Below are positions 43,161 through 56,825 of a DNA stretch of 64,000 nt, one piece after another (position 1 is the first letter of the stretch; each line of letters starts with the position of its first letter). Under the pieces are notes generated by a model. It was not told the origin of the DNA, did not search any database, and saw only the letters and a list, made by a program, of their open reading frames with translations. The position numbers and the translations under genes were made by a program. Source of the stretch: Eledone cirrhosa (taxonomy: Eukaryota). Where the stretch lies: assembly GCA_964016885.1 (NCBI GenBank), contig OZ024741.1:400210001-400274000 (forward strand), written 5' to 3'.

Positions 43161-43576
43161 CGAGCTGCCAACGATAACAAGAACTTTGCTGTCAGTGGCC
43201 CAGCCTCGCCAAACGTCTCGAATGCCACAGGCTGGAAAAAAAATTAGTGTGTCGATAATTCCCGGTATTTCACATTAAAATATAGAATCAAAGCGAAAGA
43301 TAATATTATGTTAACACTAAGTATGTCAATCGGTCAGAGACCAGAAAGGACGAAAACCTCTCTCAAATGTCAATTTAAAATATGTTTAAATATAATTTGT
43401 ATATAAAATGGGGAATATATTTCATTGAAATTATTTAAAAAAAACAGTAATAAAAATATCTCCGTAATTTTAAAGATGTTTTTAGTGAAATTATATCGAT
43501 TTTTCAAGCAATACATATCAATTTAACATTTTTATTTCCTATACTGTTTTAATATTTTATTCACAGTTGTATAAAT

Positions 43577-44612
43577 AATTGTTTCTACCTTTTGGCACAA
43601 GGCTAGCAATTACCCAGTGCATTACTGATACTTTATTTTATCGACCCCGTACGGATGAAAGGCAAAGTTAACCTCGGCGGGATTCGAACTCAGAATGGCA
43701 AGGGCCGTAACTCTATGCGTCAAAGCACGGCGTCCGACCCTCTACCGATACTGCCAATCCAAATAATATTACAAATTCATTACAATTCTTTCAGAGTTTT
43801 CGTTTTTGTTTTTGCTTCCCCCATTTTTTTTTCTTTCTTCTATTTAATCTCATATATTTCTTAAATATCATATATATTATTTGTATCTATTTTCATTCTG
43901 TAAGAATTATAAATAATTTGTAATGTTATTTATACAATTGCGAATAAATATAAAAATCTTACTTCATATAATTTTAAATAAAAATCTTACACATATAATT
44001 GTTGCTACTTTTAGTACAAGGTCAGTAATTTGAAGGAAAGGGGAAAGTCGATTAAAACTACCCCAGTACATTACTGGTACTTTATTTTATTGACCCAGTA
44101 AGGATGAAAGGTAAAGATAACTTCGGCGAGATTTGAACTCAAAACGTAAAGGGAGGTAACTATGCCAATCCCGCAACCATTGTATAGTGAAATAATTTTC
44201 TACTTTTGGCACAAGGCCAACAATTATTTTAGTGTATTACTGGTACTTTATTTTATCGACCCCGTAAGGATAAAAAGCAAAGTTAACCTCGGCGGGATTT
44301 GAACTCAGACCATAAAGGGCCGTAACTCTATGCTGCAAAGCATGGCGTCCGACCCTCTACCGATACTGCCAATCCACCGCCCTCCCGAGCAAGATAACAT
44401 CCATGAGCTTGGTTGATCTCATTTGGAGATCCAGCCGGATCAGTTGGAGATGGTTGCTTCTGACAGGAGCTGCTGGAGGGAGTGTTTGAAAACTCTGCCC
44501 CCCCCCCCCCACACACGAGGGGAAAGATTACTGGTACTTTATTTGATCGACCCCGTAAGGATAAAAGGTAAATCTAATCTCAACGAGATTTGAACTCAGA
44601 ACGTAAAGGGCC
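43577..44612 (-). mobile_element. Cluster of Meta-domain SINEs (43577-43760, 43997-44160, 44191-44382, 44527-44612)
   Basis: Each matches the family consensus on the minus strand. Confidence 0.85.
44385..44525 (+). mobile_element. Short RTE-like 3' fragment
   Basis: Reads LEIQPDQLEMVASDRSCWRECL, matching the RTE C-terminal A.DR..WR pattern. Confidence 0.5.
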
Positions 44613-44777
44613 ATAAGAAACCTTACAAATACAATGCACCAAAATATACAATCAAAGCAAATGATTTTCTATATATATCGATACATTCAAATACCAATAT
44701 CGGTATATTGTTACAAACGTTCAAAATTTCTATAAACTTCAACCAATCAATATTTATAATAATATATGGATTTATTA

Positions 44778-45100
44778 GATAGATGCCCCCGGGGAACCCT
44801 AATAGGGGGTTTAAACCCCATCAAGGTGTCTTAATATTATTGAAATTTGCTGACATTTTGTGAATAGGCATCATATCTTGTCGTTTACCTATGGTTTAAA
44901 TTTCATATAAATCGAAGGGAAAAGATTTTCAGCAGTGGTTTGCGCCCCCGGGAAACCCTTTGATTAAAATGAAAAATACTTATCCAAGTACCCTGGGCAA
45001 TGTAGTTTCAGAATATATATAGTTATGGGGGTCTATCTCCAAAACCATAGGAGGAATTCGTGAACAAACAAACAGACAGGAACTACAAGTTTATATATAT
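44778..45100 (-). mobile_element. Partial non-autonomous Helitron-like element
   Basis: Shares 44857-45100 with 61092-61340, including the (ACAA)n/ACAG tract. Confidence 0.6.
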
Positions 45101-45242
45101 ACATATGAAGTCTTACATATTTAGAAGGATTATGAGGCAATTATTTATGTCTTTCTCACAGGTTTTAGTGATACCAAATACAAGGAGACAGTTACGACTG
45201 GTTGTTAAAACTGGAGTTTTATTTGGTATTGTTATAGAACAA

Positions 45243-46255
45243 CGGCGGAGAATTGGCAGTAAACGGTAGATCGTCGGACATGCTTTATGGTATAGAGTTA
45301 TGTCCCTTTACATTATGAGTTCAAATCCTGCTGAGATTATCTTTACCTTTCATCCTTACATTGTCGATAAAATAAAATATAAGTAGAGCACCGGGTTCGA
45401 ATTAATCGACTTTCTCCTCCTCTTCAAATCGCTGGTCTTGTGCCTAAATCAGAAACAATTATTATAGGAAAACACCCCCACCATTTCAGTGGCAAATTAT
45501 TTTTTCCCTCCTTTTTAAAAAATGTTGTGTGTGTGTGTGTGTGCTATCAAGTCAAGTAATCTAACCTCCCCGGAGTTTTCTCTGCCATTTAAAAAAATAT
45601 TTTCACGTGTTATCAACGAATAATTAACTCTAAACCACTCTGCAACACCTAGCTTTGTTGAAAAAAAAGGGAGGGGGTAGGAAAAATCTTTGGAGTTTCA
45701 CAGATCTACACACACCTATCTCTTCGGTTTGGTCGTTCTTTTTCCATGCAAAGGTAATTTTGGTTGAGCACTACCATTCACCCCTCCGTTTTTATGGGGG
45801 GAAAGAAAAGTTGATTGAGAGCATATTGGAGGTCAGATTGGTTGATAGTACACGAAAATGTATATTTTCTTAAAGGAAAATTTGCAATTGTGTAAATTAT
45901 CAATTGTGTAAATTATGACTATGTTAATTTTAAAACTTTTTTGTTTTTTTGTTTTCGCAATCCCTGGTTGTAGAAATGACATAATATACCTATAGAAAAT
46001 CAATGTTGTTACTCTGATTGATATTATTTATTATCAGCAGGTGTATTGGCAAAATCGGTAGAGAGTCAGACCACATACTTTGCAACATATTGTTACATCC
46101 CTTTACGTTCAGAATTCAAAGCCTGCCGAGGCTAGCTTTGTCTTTTGTACTTGCAGGTTCGATAAAATAAAATACCAGTAATGCTCTGGGATCGATTTAA
46201 TCGATTTTCCCCGTACCTTCAAATTGCTGGCGTTGTACCTAAATCAGAACGCATT
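45243..46255 (+). mobile_element. Two older Meta-domain SINE copies (45243-45462, 46037-46255)
   Basis: Diverged matches to the family consensus. Confidence 0.78.
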
Positions 46256-46449
46256 ATTTTAGGACGATGGATTGGTAAAGTCATAAACATCAGACACATT
46301 TCTTTGTTGTACTTGTTCTGTGTTGAAATCCCACGGAGGTCAACTCCCTGAATAAATAATCTCCACCACCACCCTACCTTTATAAACATTAGGGTCTCAT
46401 ATCTAATAACCATATCTAATTAACATATCTAATTATGGTATTTTCACAG

Positions 46450-46497
46450 ACTCTGGTCTTCTAACAATGGCTACCAATATCAAACAACCAAAATACA
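46450..46497 (+). CDS. Candidate 48-bp exon of an unidentified host gene
   Basis: TTTTCACAG acceptor, GTAAGA donor; phase 1-1 open frame xSGLLTMATNIKQPKY; non-repetitive. Confidence 0.5.
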
Positions 46498-46866
46498 GTA
46501 AGAAATTGTTTTATCTTTATTGAATAATTACATTTATATTATTTTTTAAAATTTAAATAAATTATTTTTCTATTTGTCATCATCATCATCATCATCACCA
46601 TCATGTCATCATCTTCACCACCACAAACACCACCACCAGTAATGCACTGGGGTTGATTTAATCAACTTCTTCCCCCATAGAAATGTGTGACGAAAGAACT
46701 TCGAGAAATTATATTTATATTTTTAACTGTTGATCAATCAATAATAAACATTGATTGCCAGCTAAATTATTTATAAAAATATAAAAATATACTAAAGTAA
46801 AAACCAAACCAAACAGTGAGTGTACGGTTAACTATTTTTTGGCAATATTAGGACAACATGACCCTG

Positions 46867-49800
46867 CTCAGAGTTGCTGAAGCATGGAACACACTAACTG
46901 CATCAGATATTAGCTGTCAAGACACTGCATCCTTTAAGACCTCCATGGAACACATTACCTGCATCAGTTATTAGCTGTCGAGACACTGCATCCTTTAAAA
47001 CCTCCATGGAACAAACTACCTGCATCAGTCGTTAGCTGTCGAGATACTGCATCCTTTAAAACCTCCATGGAACAAACTACCTGCATCAGTTATTAGCTGT
47101 CGAGACACTGCATCCTTTAAAACCTCCATGGAACAAACTACCTGCATCAGTCGTTAGCTGTCGAGACACTGCATCCTTTAAAACCTCCATGGAACAAAAT
47201 ACCTGCATCAGTCGTTAACTGTCGAGACACTGCATCCTTTAAAACCTCCATGGAACAAACTACCTGAATCAGTTGTTAGCTGTCGTGATACTGCATCATT
47301 TAAAACCTCCATGGAACAAACTACCTGCATCAGTTATTAGCTGTCGAGACAATGCATCCTTTAAAACCTCCATGGAACAAACTACCTACATCAGTTGTTA
47401 GCTGTCGAGACACTGCATCCTTTAAAACCTCCATGGATCAAACTACCTGCATCAATCGTTAGCTGTCGAGACACTGCATTCTTTAAAACCTCCATGGCAC
47501 AAACTACCTGAATCAGTTGTTAGCTGTCGAGACACTGCATCCTTTAAAACCTCCATGGGACAAACTACCAGCATCAGTTGTTAGCTGTCGAGACACTGCA
47601 TCCTTTAAAACCTCCATGGAACAAACTACCTGAATCAGTTATTAGCTGTCGAGACACTGCATCCTCTAAAACCTCCATGGAACAAACTCCCTGCATCAGT
47701 TATTAGCTGTTGAGACACTGCATCCTTTAAAACCTCCATGGAACAAACTACCTGAATCAGTTGTTAGTTGTCGTGATACTGCATCCTTTAAAACCTCCAT
47801 GGAACAAACTACCTGCATCATTCGTTAGCTGTCGAGACACGGCATCCTTTAAAACCTCCATGGAACAAACTACCTGAATCAGTTGTTAGCTGTCGAGACA
47901 CTGCATCTTTTAAAACCTCCATGGAACAAACTACCCGAATCAGTTGTTAGCTGTCGTGATACTGCATCCTTTAAAACCTCCATGGAACAAACTACCTTCA
48001 TCAGTTATTAGCTGTCGAGACTCTGCATCCTTTAAAACCTCCATGGAACAAACTACCTACATCAGTTGTTAGCTGCCGAGACACTGCATCCTTTAAAACC
48101 TCCATGGAACAAACTACCTACATCAGTTGTTAACTGCCGAGACACTGCATCCTTTAAAACCTCCATGGAACAAACTACCTGCATCAGTTATTAGCTGTTG
48201 AGACACTGCATCCTTTAAAACCTCCATGGAAAAAACTACCTGCATCAGTTGTTAGCTGTCGAGACACTGCATCCTTTAAAACCTCCATGGAGCAAACTAC
48301 CTGCATCAGTTATTAGCTGTCGAGACACTGCATCCTTTAAAACCTCCATGGAACAAACTACCTGCATCAGTCGTTAGCTGTCGAGACACTGCATCCTTTA
48401 AAACCTCCATGGAACAAACTACCTGCATCAGTCGTTAGCTGTCGAGACACTGCATCCTCTAAAACCTCCATGGAACAAACTACCTGCATCAGTCGTTAGC
48501 TGTCGAGATACGGCATCCTTTAAAACCTCCATGGAACAAAATACCTGCATCAGTCGTTAACTGTCGAGACACTGCATCCTTTAAAACCTCCATGGAACAA
48601 ACTACCTGAATCAGTTGTTAGCTGTCGTGATACTGCATCCTTTAAAACCTCCATGGAACAAACTACCTGCATCAGTTATTAGCTGTCGAGACAATGCATC
48701 CTTTAAAACCTCCATGGAACAAACTACCTACATCAGTTGTTAGCTGTCGAGACACTGCATCCTTTAAAACCTCCATGGATCAAACTACCTGCATCAATCG
48801 TTAGATGTCGAGACACTGCATCCTTTAAAACCTCCATGGAACAAACTACCTGAATCAGTTGTTAGCTGTCGTGATACTGCATCCTTTAAAACCTCAATGG
48901 AACAAACTACCTGCATCAGTTATTAGCTGTCGAGACACTGCATCCTCTAAAACCTCAATGGAACAAACTCCCTGCATCAGTTATTAGCTGTTGAGACACT
49001 GCATTCTTTAAAACCTCCATGGAACAAACTACCTGCATCAGTTGTTAGCTGTCGAGACACTGCATCCTTTAAAACCTCCATGGAACAAACTACCTGAATC
49101 AGTTGTTAGCTGTCGTGATACTGCATCCTTTAAAACCTCAATGGAACAAACTACCTGCATCAGTTATTAGCTGTCGAGACACTGCATCCTCTAAAACCTC
49201 AATGGAACAAACTCCCTGCATCAGTTATTAGCTGTTGAGACACTGCATTCTTTAAAACCTCCATGGAACAAACTACCTGCATCAGTTGTTAGCTGTCGAG
49301 ACACTGCATCCTTTAAAACCTCCATGGAACAAACTACCTGAATCAGTTGTTAGTTGTCGTGATACTGCATCCTTTAAAACCTCCATGGAACAAACTACCT
49401 GCATCATTCGTTAGCTGTCGAGACACGGCATCCTTTAAAACCTCCATGGAACAAACTACCTGAATCAGTTGTTAGCTGTCGAGACACTGCATCTTTTAAA
49501 ACCTCCATGGAACAAACTACCCGAATCAGTTGTTAGCTGTCGTGATACTGCATCCTTTAAAACCTCCATGGAACAAACTATTTACATCAGTTATTAGCTG
49601 TCGAGACACTGCATCCTTTAAAACTTTCATGGAACAAACTACCTGCATCAGTTGTTAGCTGTCGAGACACTGCATCCTTTAAAACCTCCATGGAACAAAC
49701 TACCCACATCAGTTGTTAGCTGTCGAGACACTGCATCCTTTAAAACCTCCATGGGACAAACTACCAGCATCAGTTGTTAGCTGTCGAGACACTGCATCCT

Positions 49801-52800
49801 TTAAAACCTCCATGGAACAAACTACCTGAATCAGTTATTAGCTGTCGAGAGACTGCATCCTCTAAAACCTCCATGGAACAAACTCCCTGCATCAGTTATT
49901 AGCTGTTGAGACACTGCATCCTTTAAAACCTCCATGGAAAAAACTACCTGCATCAGTTATTAGCTGACGAGACACTGCATCCTTTAAAACCTCCATGGAA
50001 CAAACTACCTACATCATTTGTTACCTGCCGAGGCACTGTATCCTTTAAAACCTCCATGGAACAAACTATTTACATCAGTTATTAGTTGTCGAGACACTGC
50101 ATCCTTTAAAACCTCCATGGAACAAACTACCTGCATCAATTATTAGCTGTCGAGACACTGCATCCTTTAAAACTTTCCTGGAACAAACTACCTGCATCAG
50201 TTGTTAGCTGTCGAGACACTGCATCCTTTAAAACCTCCATGGAACAAACTACCCACATCAGTTGTTAGCTGTCGAGACACTGCATCCTTTAAAACCTCCA
50301 TGTGACAAACTACCAGCATCAGTTGTTAGCTGTCGAGACACTGCATCCTTTAAAACCTCCATGGAACAAACTACCTGAATCAGTTGTTATCTGTCGTGAT
50401 ACTGCATCCTTTAAAACCTCAATGGAACAAACTACCTGCATCAGTTGTTAGCTGTCGAGACACTGCATCCTTTAAAACCTCCATGGAACAAACTATTTGC
50501 ATCAGTTGTTAGCTGTCGTGATACTGCATCCTTTAAAACCTCCATGGAACAAACTACCTGCATCAGTTATTAGCTGTCGAGACACTGCATCCTCTAAAAC
50601 CTCCATGGAACAAACTCCCTGCATCAGTTATTAGCTGTTGAGACACTGCATCCTTTAAAACCTCCATGGAACAAACTACTTACATCAGTTGTTAGCTGTC
50701 GAGACACTGCATCCTTTAAAACCTCCATGGAACAAACTACCTGCATCAGTCGTTAGCTGTCGTGATACTGCATCCTTTAAAACCTCAATGGAACAAACTA
50801 CCTATATCAGTTGTTAGCTGTCGAGACACTGCATCCTTTAAAACCTCCATGGAACAAACTACTTGCATCAGTTGTTAGCTGTCGTGATACTGCATCCTTT
50901 AAAACTTCCATGGAACAAACTACGTGCATCAGTCGTTAGCTGTCGAGACACTGCATCCTTTAAAACCTCAATGGAACAAATTACCTGCATCAGTTATTAG
51001 CTGTCGAGACACTGCATCCTTTAAAACCTCCATGGAACAAACTACCTACATCAGTTGTTAGCTGTCGAGACACTGCATCCTTTAAAACCTCCATGGAACA
51101 AACTACCTGAATCAGTTGTTAGCTGTCGTGATACTACATCCTTTAAAACCTCCATGTAACAAACTACCTGCATCAATCGTTAGCTGTCGAGACACTGCAT
51201 CATTTACAACATCCATGGATCAAACTACCTACACCAGTTGTTAGCTGTCGAGACACTGCATCCTTTAAAACATCCATGGAACAAACTACCTGCATCAGTC
51301 GTTAGCTGTCGGGACACTGCATCCTTTAAAACCTCCATGGAACAAACTACCCACATCAGTTGTTAGCTGTCGAGACACTGCATCCTTTAAAACCTCCATG
51401 GGACAAACTACCAGCATCAGTTGTTAGCTGTCGAGACACTGCATCCTTTAAAACCTCCATGGAACAAACTACCTGAATCAGTTGTTAGCTGTCGTGATAC
51501 TGCATCCTTTAAAACCTCAATGGAACAAACTACCTGCATCAGTTGTTAGCTGTCGAGACACTGCATCCTTTAAAACCTCCATGGAACAAACTATTTGCAT
51601 CAGTTGTTAGCTGTCGTGATACTGCATCCTTTAAAACCTCCATGGAACAAACTACCTGCATCAGTTATTAGCTGTCGAGACACTGCATCCTCTAAAACCT
51701 CCATGGAACAAACTCCCTGCATCAGTTATTAGCTGTTGAGACACTGCATCCTTTAAAACCTCCATGGAACAAACTACTTACATCAGTTGTTAGCTGTCGA
51801 GACACTGCATCCTTTAAAACCTCCATGGAACAAACTACCTGCATCAGTCGTTAGCTGTCGGGATACTGCATCCTTTAAAACCTCAATGGAACAAACTACC
51901 TATATCAGTTGTTAGCTGTCGAGACACTGCATCCTTTAAAACCTCCATGGAACAAACTACTTGCATCAGTTGTTAGCTGTCGTGATACTGCATCCTTTAA
52001 AACTTCCATGGAACAAACTATGTGCATCAGTCGTTAGCTGTCGAGACACTGCATCCTTTAAAACCTCAATGGAACAAATTACCTGCATCAGTTATTAGCT
52101 GTCGAGACACTGCATCCTTTAAAACCTCCATGGAACAAACTACCTACATCAGTTGTTAGCTGTCGAGACACTGCATCCTTTAAAACCTCCATGGAACAAA
52201 CTACCTGAATCAGTTGTTAGCTGTCGTGATACTACATCCTTTAAAACCTCCATGTAACAAACTACCTGCATCAATCGTTAGCTGTCGAGACACTGCATCA
52301 TTTACAACATCCATGGATCAAACTACCTACACCAGTTGTTAGCTGTCGAGACACTGCATCCTTTAAAACATCCATGGAACAAACTACCTGCATCAGTCGT
52401 TAGCTGTCGGGACACTGCATCCTTTAAAACCTCCATGGAACAAACTACCTACATCAGTTGTTAGCTGTCGAGACACTGCATCCTTTAAAACCTCCATGGA
52501 ACAAACTACCTACATCAGTTGTTAGCTGTCGAGACACTGCATCCTTTAAAACCTCCATGGAACAAACTACCTGAATCAGTTATTAGCTGTCGAGACACTG
52601 CATCCTTTAAAACCTCCATGGAACAAACTACCTGCATCAGTTGTTAGCTGTCGTGATACTGCATCCTTTAAAACCTCCATGGAACAAACTACCTGCATCA
52701 GTCGTTAGATGTCGAGACACTGCATCCTTTAAAACCTCCATGGAACAAACTACCTGAATCAGTTGTTAGCTGTCGTGATACTGCATCCTTTAAAACCTCT

Positions 52801-55800
52801 ATGGAACAAACTACCTGCATCAGTTGTTAGCTGTTGAGACACTGCATCCATTAAAACCTCCATGGAACAAACTACCTGCATCAATTATTAGCTGTCGAGA
52901 CACTGCATCCTTTAAAACCTCCATGGAACAAACTACCTGCATCAGTTGTTAGCTGTCGAGACACCGCATCCTTTAATACCTTCATGGAACAAACTACCCA
53001 CATCAGTTGTTAGCTGTCGATACACTGCATCCTTTAAAACCTCCATGGAACAAACTACCTGCATCAGTTGTTAGCTGTCGAGACACTGCTTCCTTTAAAA
53101 CTTCCATGGAACAAACTACCTGAATCAGTTGTTAGCTGTCGTGATACTGCATCCTTTAAAACCTCAATGGAACAAACTACCTGCATCAGTTATTAGCTGT
53201 CGAGACACTGCATCCTCTAAAACCTCAATGGAACAAACTCCCTGCATCAGTTATTAGCTGTTGAGACACTGCATCCTTTAAAACCTCCATGGAACAAACT
53301 ACCTGCATCAGTTGTTAGCTGTCGAGACACTGCATCCTTTAAAACCTCCATGGAACAAACTACTTGCATCAGTTGTTAGCTGTCGTGATACTGCATCCTT
53401 TAAAACCTCCATGGAACAAACTACCTGCATCAGTTATTAGCTGTCGAGACACTGCATCCTCTAAAACCTCCATGGAACAAACTCCCTGCATCAGTTATTA
53501 ACTGTTGAGACACTGCATCCTTTAAAACCTCCATGGAACAAACTACCTGCATCAGTTGTTAGATGTCGAGACACTGCATCCTTTAAAACCTCCATGGAAA
53601 AAACTACCTGCATCAGTTATTAGCTGACAAGACACTGCATCCTTTAAAACCTCCATGGAACAAATTACCTACATCATTTGTTAGCTGCCGAGACACTGTA
53701 TCCTTTAAAACCTCAATGGAACAAACTACTTACATCAGTTGTTATCTGTCGAGACACTGCATCCTTTAAAACCTCCATGGAACAAATTACCTGCATCAGT
53801 TATTAGCTGTCGAGACACTGCATCCTTTAAAACCTCCATGGAACAAACTACCTGCATCAGTCGTTAGCTGTCGGGATACTGCATCCTTTAAAACCTCCAT
53901 GGTCAAACTACCTATATCAGTTGTTAGCTGTCGAGACACTGCATCCTTTAAAACCTCCATGGAACAAACTACCTGCATCAGTCGTTAGCTGTCGAGACAC
54001 TACATCCTTTAAAACATCCATGGAACAAACTACCTGAATCAGTTATTAGCTGTCGAGACACTGCATCCTTTAAAACCTCCATGGAACAAACTACCTGCAT
54101 CAGTTGTTAGCTGTCGTGATACTGCATCCTTTAAAACCTCCATGGAACAAACTACCTGCATCAGTCGTTAGCTGTCGAGACACTGCATCCTTTAAAACCT
54201 CCATGGAACAAATTACCTGCATCAGTTATTAGCTGTCGTGATACTGCATCCTTTAAACCTCCATGGAACAAACTACCTCCATCAGTCGTTAGCTGTCGAG
54301 ACACTGCATCCTTTAAAACCTCCATGGAACAAACTACCTACATCAGTTGTTAGCTGTCGAGACACTGCATCCTTTAAAACCTCCATGGAACAAACTACCT
54401 GAATCAGTTGTTAGCTGTCGTGATACTGCATACTTTAAAACATCCATGGAACAAACTACCTGCATCAGTTGTTAGCTGTGGAGACACTGCATCCTTTAAA
54501 ACCTCCATGGAATAAACTACCTGAATCAGTTGTTAGCTGTCGTGATACTGCATCCTTTAAAACCTCCATGTAACAAACTACCTGCATCAATCGTTAGCTG
54601 TCGAGACACTGCATCCTTTACAACATCCATGGGACAAACTACCTACATCAGTTGTTAGCTGTCGAGACACTGCATCCTTTAAAAAATCCATGGAACAAAC
54701 TACCTGCATCAGTCGTTAGCTGTCGGGACACTGCATCCTTTAAAACCTCCATGGAACAAACTACCTACATCAGTTGTTAGCTGTCGAGACACTGCATCCT
54801 TTAAAACCTCCATGGAACAAACTACCTACATCAGTTGTTAGCTGTCGAGACACTGCATCCTTTAAAACCTCAATGGAACAAACTACCTGAATCAGTTATT
54901 AGCTGTCGAGACACTGCATCATTTAAAACCTCCATGGAACAAACTACCTACATCAGTTGTTAGCTGTCGAGACACTGCATCCTTTAAAACCTCCATGGAA
55001 CAAACTACCCGAATCAGTTGTTAGCTGTCGTGATACTGCATACTTTAAAACATCCATGGAACAAACTACCTGCATCAGTTGTTAGCTGTGGAGACACTGC
55101 ATCCTTTAAAACCTCCATGGAATAAACTACCTGAATCAGTTGTTAGCTGTCGTGATACTGCATCCTTTAAAACCTCCATGTAACAAACTACCTGCATCAA
55201 TCGTTAGCTGTCGAGACACTGCATCCTTTACAACATCCATGGGACAAACTACCTACATCAGTTGTTAGCTGTCGAGACACTGCATCCTTTAAAACATCCA
55301 TGGAACAAACTACCTGCATCAGTCGTTAGCTGTCGGGACACTGCATCCTTTAAAACCTCCGTGGAACAAACTACCTACATCAGTTGTTAGCTGTCGAGAC
55401 ACTGCATCCTTTAAAACCTCCATGGAAAAAACTACCTGCATCAGTTATTAGCTGACAAGACACTGCATCCTTTAAAACCTCCATGGAACAAACTACCTGC
55501 ATCAGTTGTTAGCTGTCGAGACACTGCATCCATTAAAACCTCCATGGAACAAACTACCTACATCAGTTGTTAGCTGTCGAGACACTGCATCCTTTAAAAC
55601 CTCCATGGAACAAACTACCTTCATCAATCGTTAGCTGTCGAGACACTTCATCCTTTAAAACCTCCATGGAATAAACTACCTACATCAGTTGTTAGCTGTC
55701 GAGACACTGCTTCCTTTAATACCTCCATGGAACAAACTACCTGCATCAGTCGTTAGCTGTCGAGACACTGCTTCCTTTAATACCTCCATGGAACAAACTA

Positions 55801-55902
55801 CCTGCATCAGTCGTTAGCTGTCAAGACACTGCATCCTTTAAAACCTCCATGGAACAAACTACCTGCATCAGTTATTAGCTGTCGAGACACTGCATCCTTT
55901 AA
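46867..55902 (+). repeat. 61-bp tandem satellite (~148 copies) derived from the CR1 ORF2 C-terminus
   Basis: Unit TGGAACAAACTACCTGCATCAGTTGTTAGCTGTCGAGACACTGCATCCTTTAAAACCTCCA = WNKLPASVVSCRDTASFKTS + 1 nt; the head reads LRVAEAWN; matches the CR1 copy at 61545-61625 (minus strand). Confidence 0.97.
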
Positions 55903-55914
55903 TGATAATAATGA

Positions 55915-56535
55915 TGATGATTGTCCAAAGAGAGTGTCAGACACCATACTTTGCAGCATAGAGTTATGGCCCTTTATGTTCTGAGTTGAAATCCCGCCGA
56001 GGTTAACTTTGCCTTTCATTCTTACGGGGTCGATAAAATAAAGTACCAGTAATGTACTGGGATAATTGCTGGCCTTGTTCCAAAAGTAGAAACAATTTTT
56101 ATTTTTATTATTATTGTTATTATGGCAGTATCGGTAGAGCGTCTCACAAGGTGCTCCGCAGCAGAGTAACATCCTTTTGTGTTCTGAATTCAAATCCCAT
56201 GGAGGTTAGCTTTGCCTTTTATCTTTACAGGATTGATAAAACAAAGCCCCAGTAATTCCCTGTGGTCGATTTAATCGACTATTCCCACCCCACAAAATAG
56301 CTGGCTTTGTGCCTAAATCAGAAATCATTATTATGGCTGTAATTGGTAGAGCGTTGGACAACATGCTTCCTGGCATACAGTTATGACCCTTTATGTTCAA
56401 ATCTGGTTGAGGATAAGCTTTGCCTTTCATCCTTACGAGGTCAATAAAATAAAGTACTAGTAACGCACTGAGGTCGATTTAATTGACTTTCCTCTCTCCC
56501 TAAATTGCTGGCCTTGTGCCTAAATCAGAAACCAT
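55915..56535 (+). mobile_element. Three tandem Meta-domain SINEs
   Basis: 55915-56096, 56122-56327 and 56333-56535 each match the consensus. Confidence 0.83.
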
Positions 56536-56638
56536 TAATTATTTATTTTTGGAGGGTATTAAAATGAATAATTTTTCCCAAGTTTTCATCATTAATATTT
56601 AAATAATCTCCAAATATAATTATAAATATTTTCTTCAG

Positions 56639-56795
56639 ATTTTGGACTTTTACAAACCCCTGGAACTTCTGCAGAGTCAGAGTTTTCAGATACATCCAGC
56701 AGTGCGTTGAAAAACAAACCTATGTTTATGGGAACAAAGAGGAGACACCAGAATTTTGCTCAGAGAGATAATTTTACTCCATATTCAGAACAAAG
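56639..56795 (+). CDS. Candidate 157-bp exon of an unidentified host gene
   Basis: TTTTCTTCAG acceptor, AG|GTATT donor; open frame xFGLLQTPGTSAESEFSDTSSSALKNKPMFMGTKRRHQNFAQRDNFTPYSEQ; phase-compatible with 46450-46497. Confidence 0.6.
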
Positions 56796-56825
56796 GTATT
56801 AAATTGAATATTATGTTATATACAC

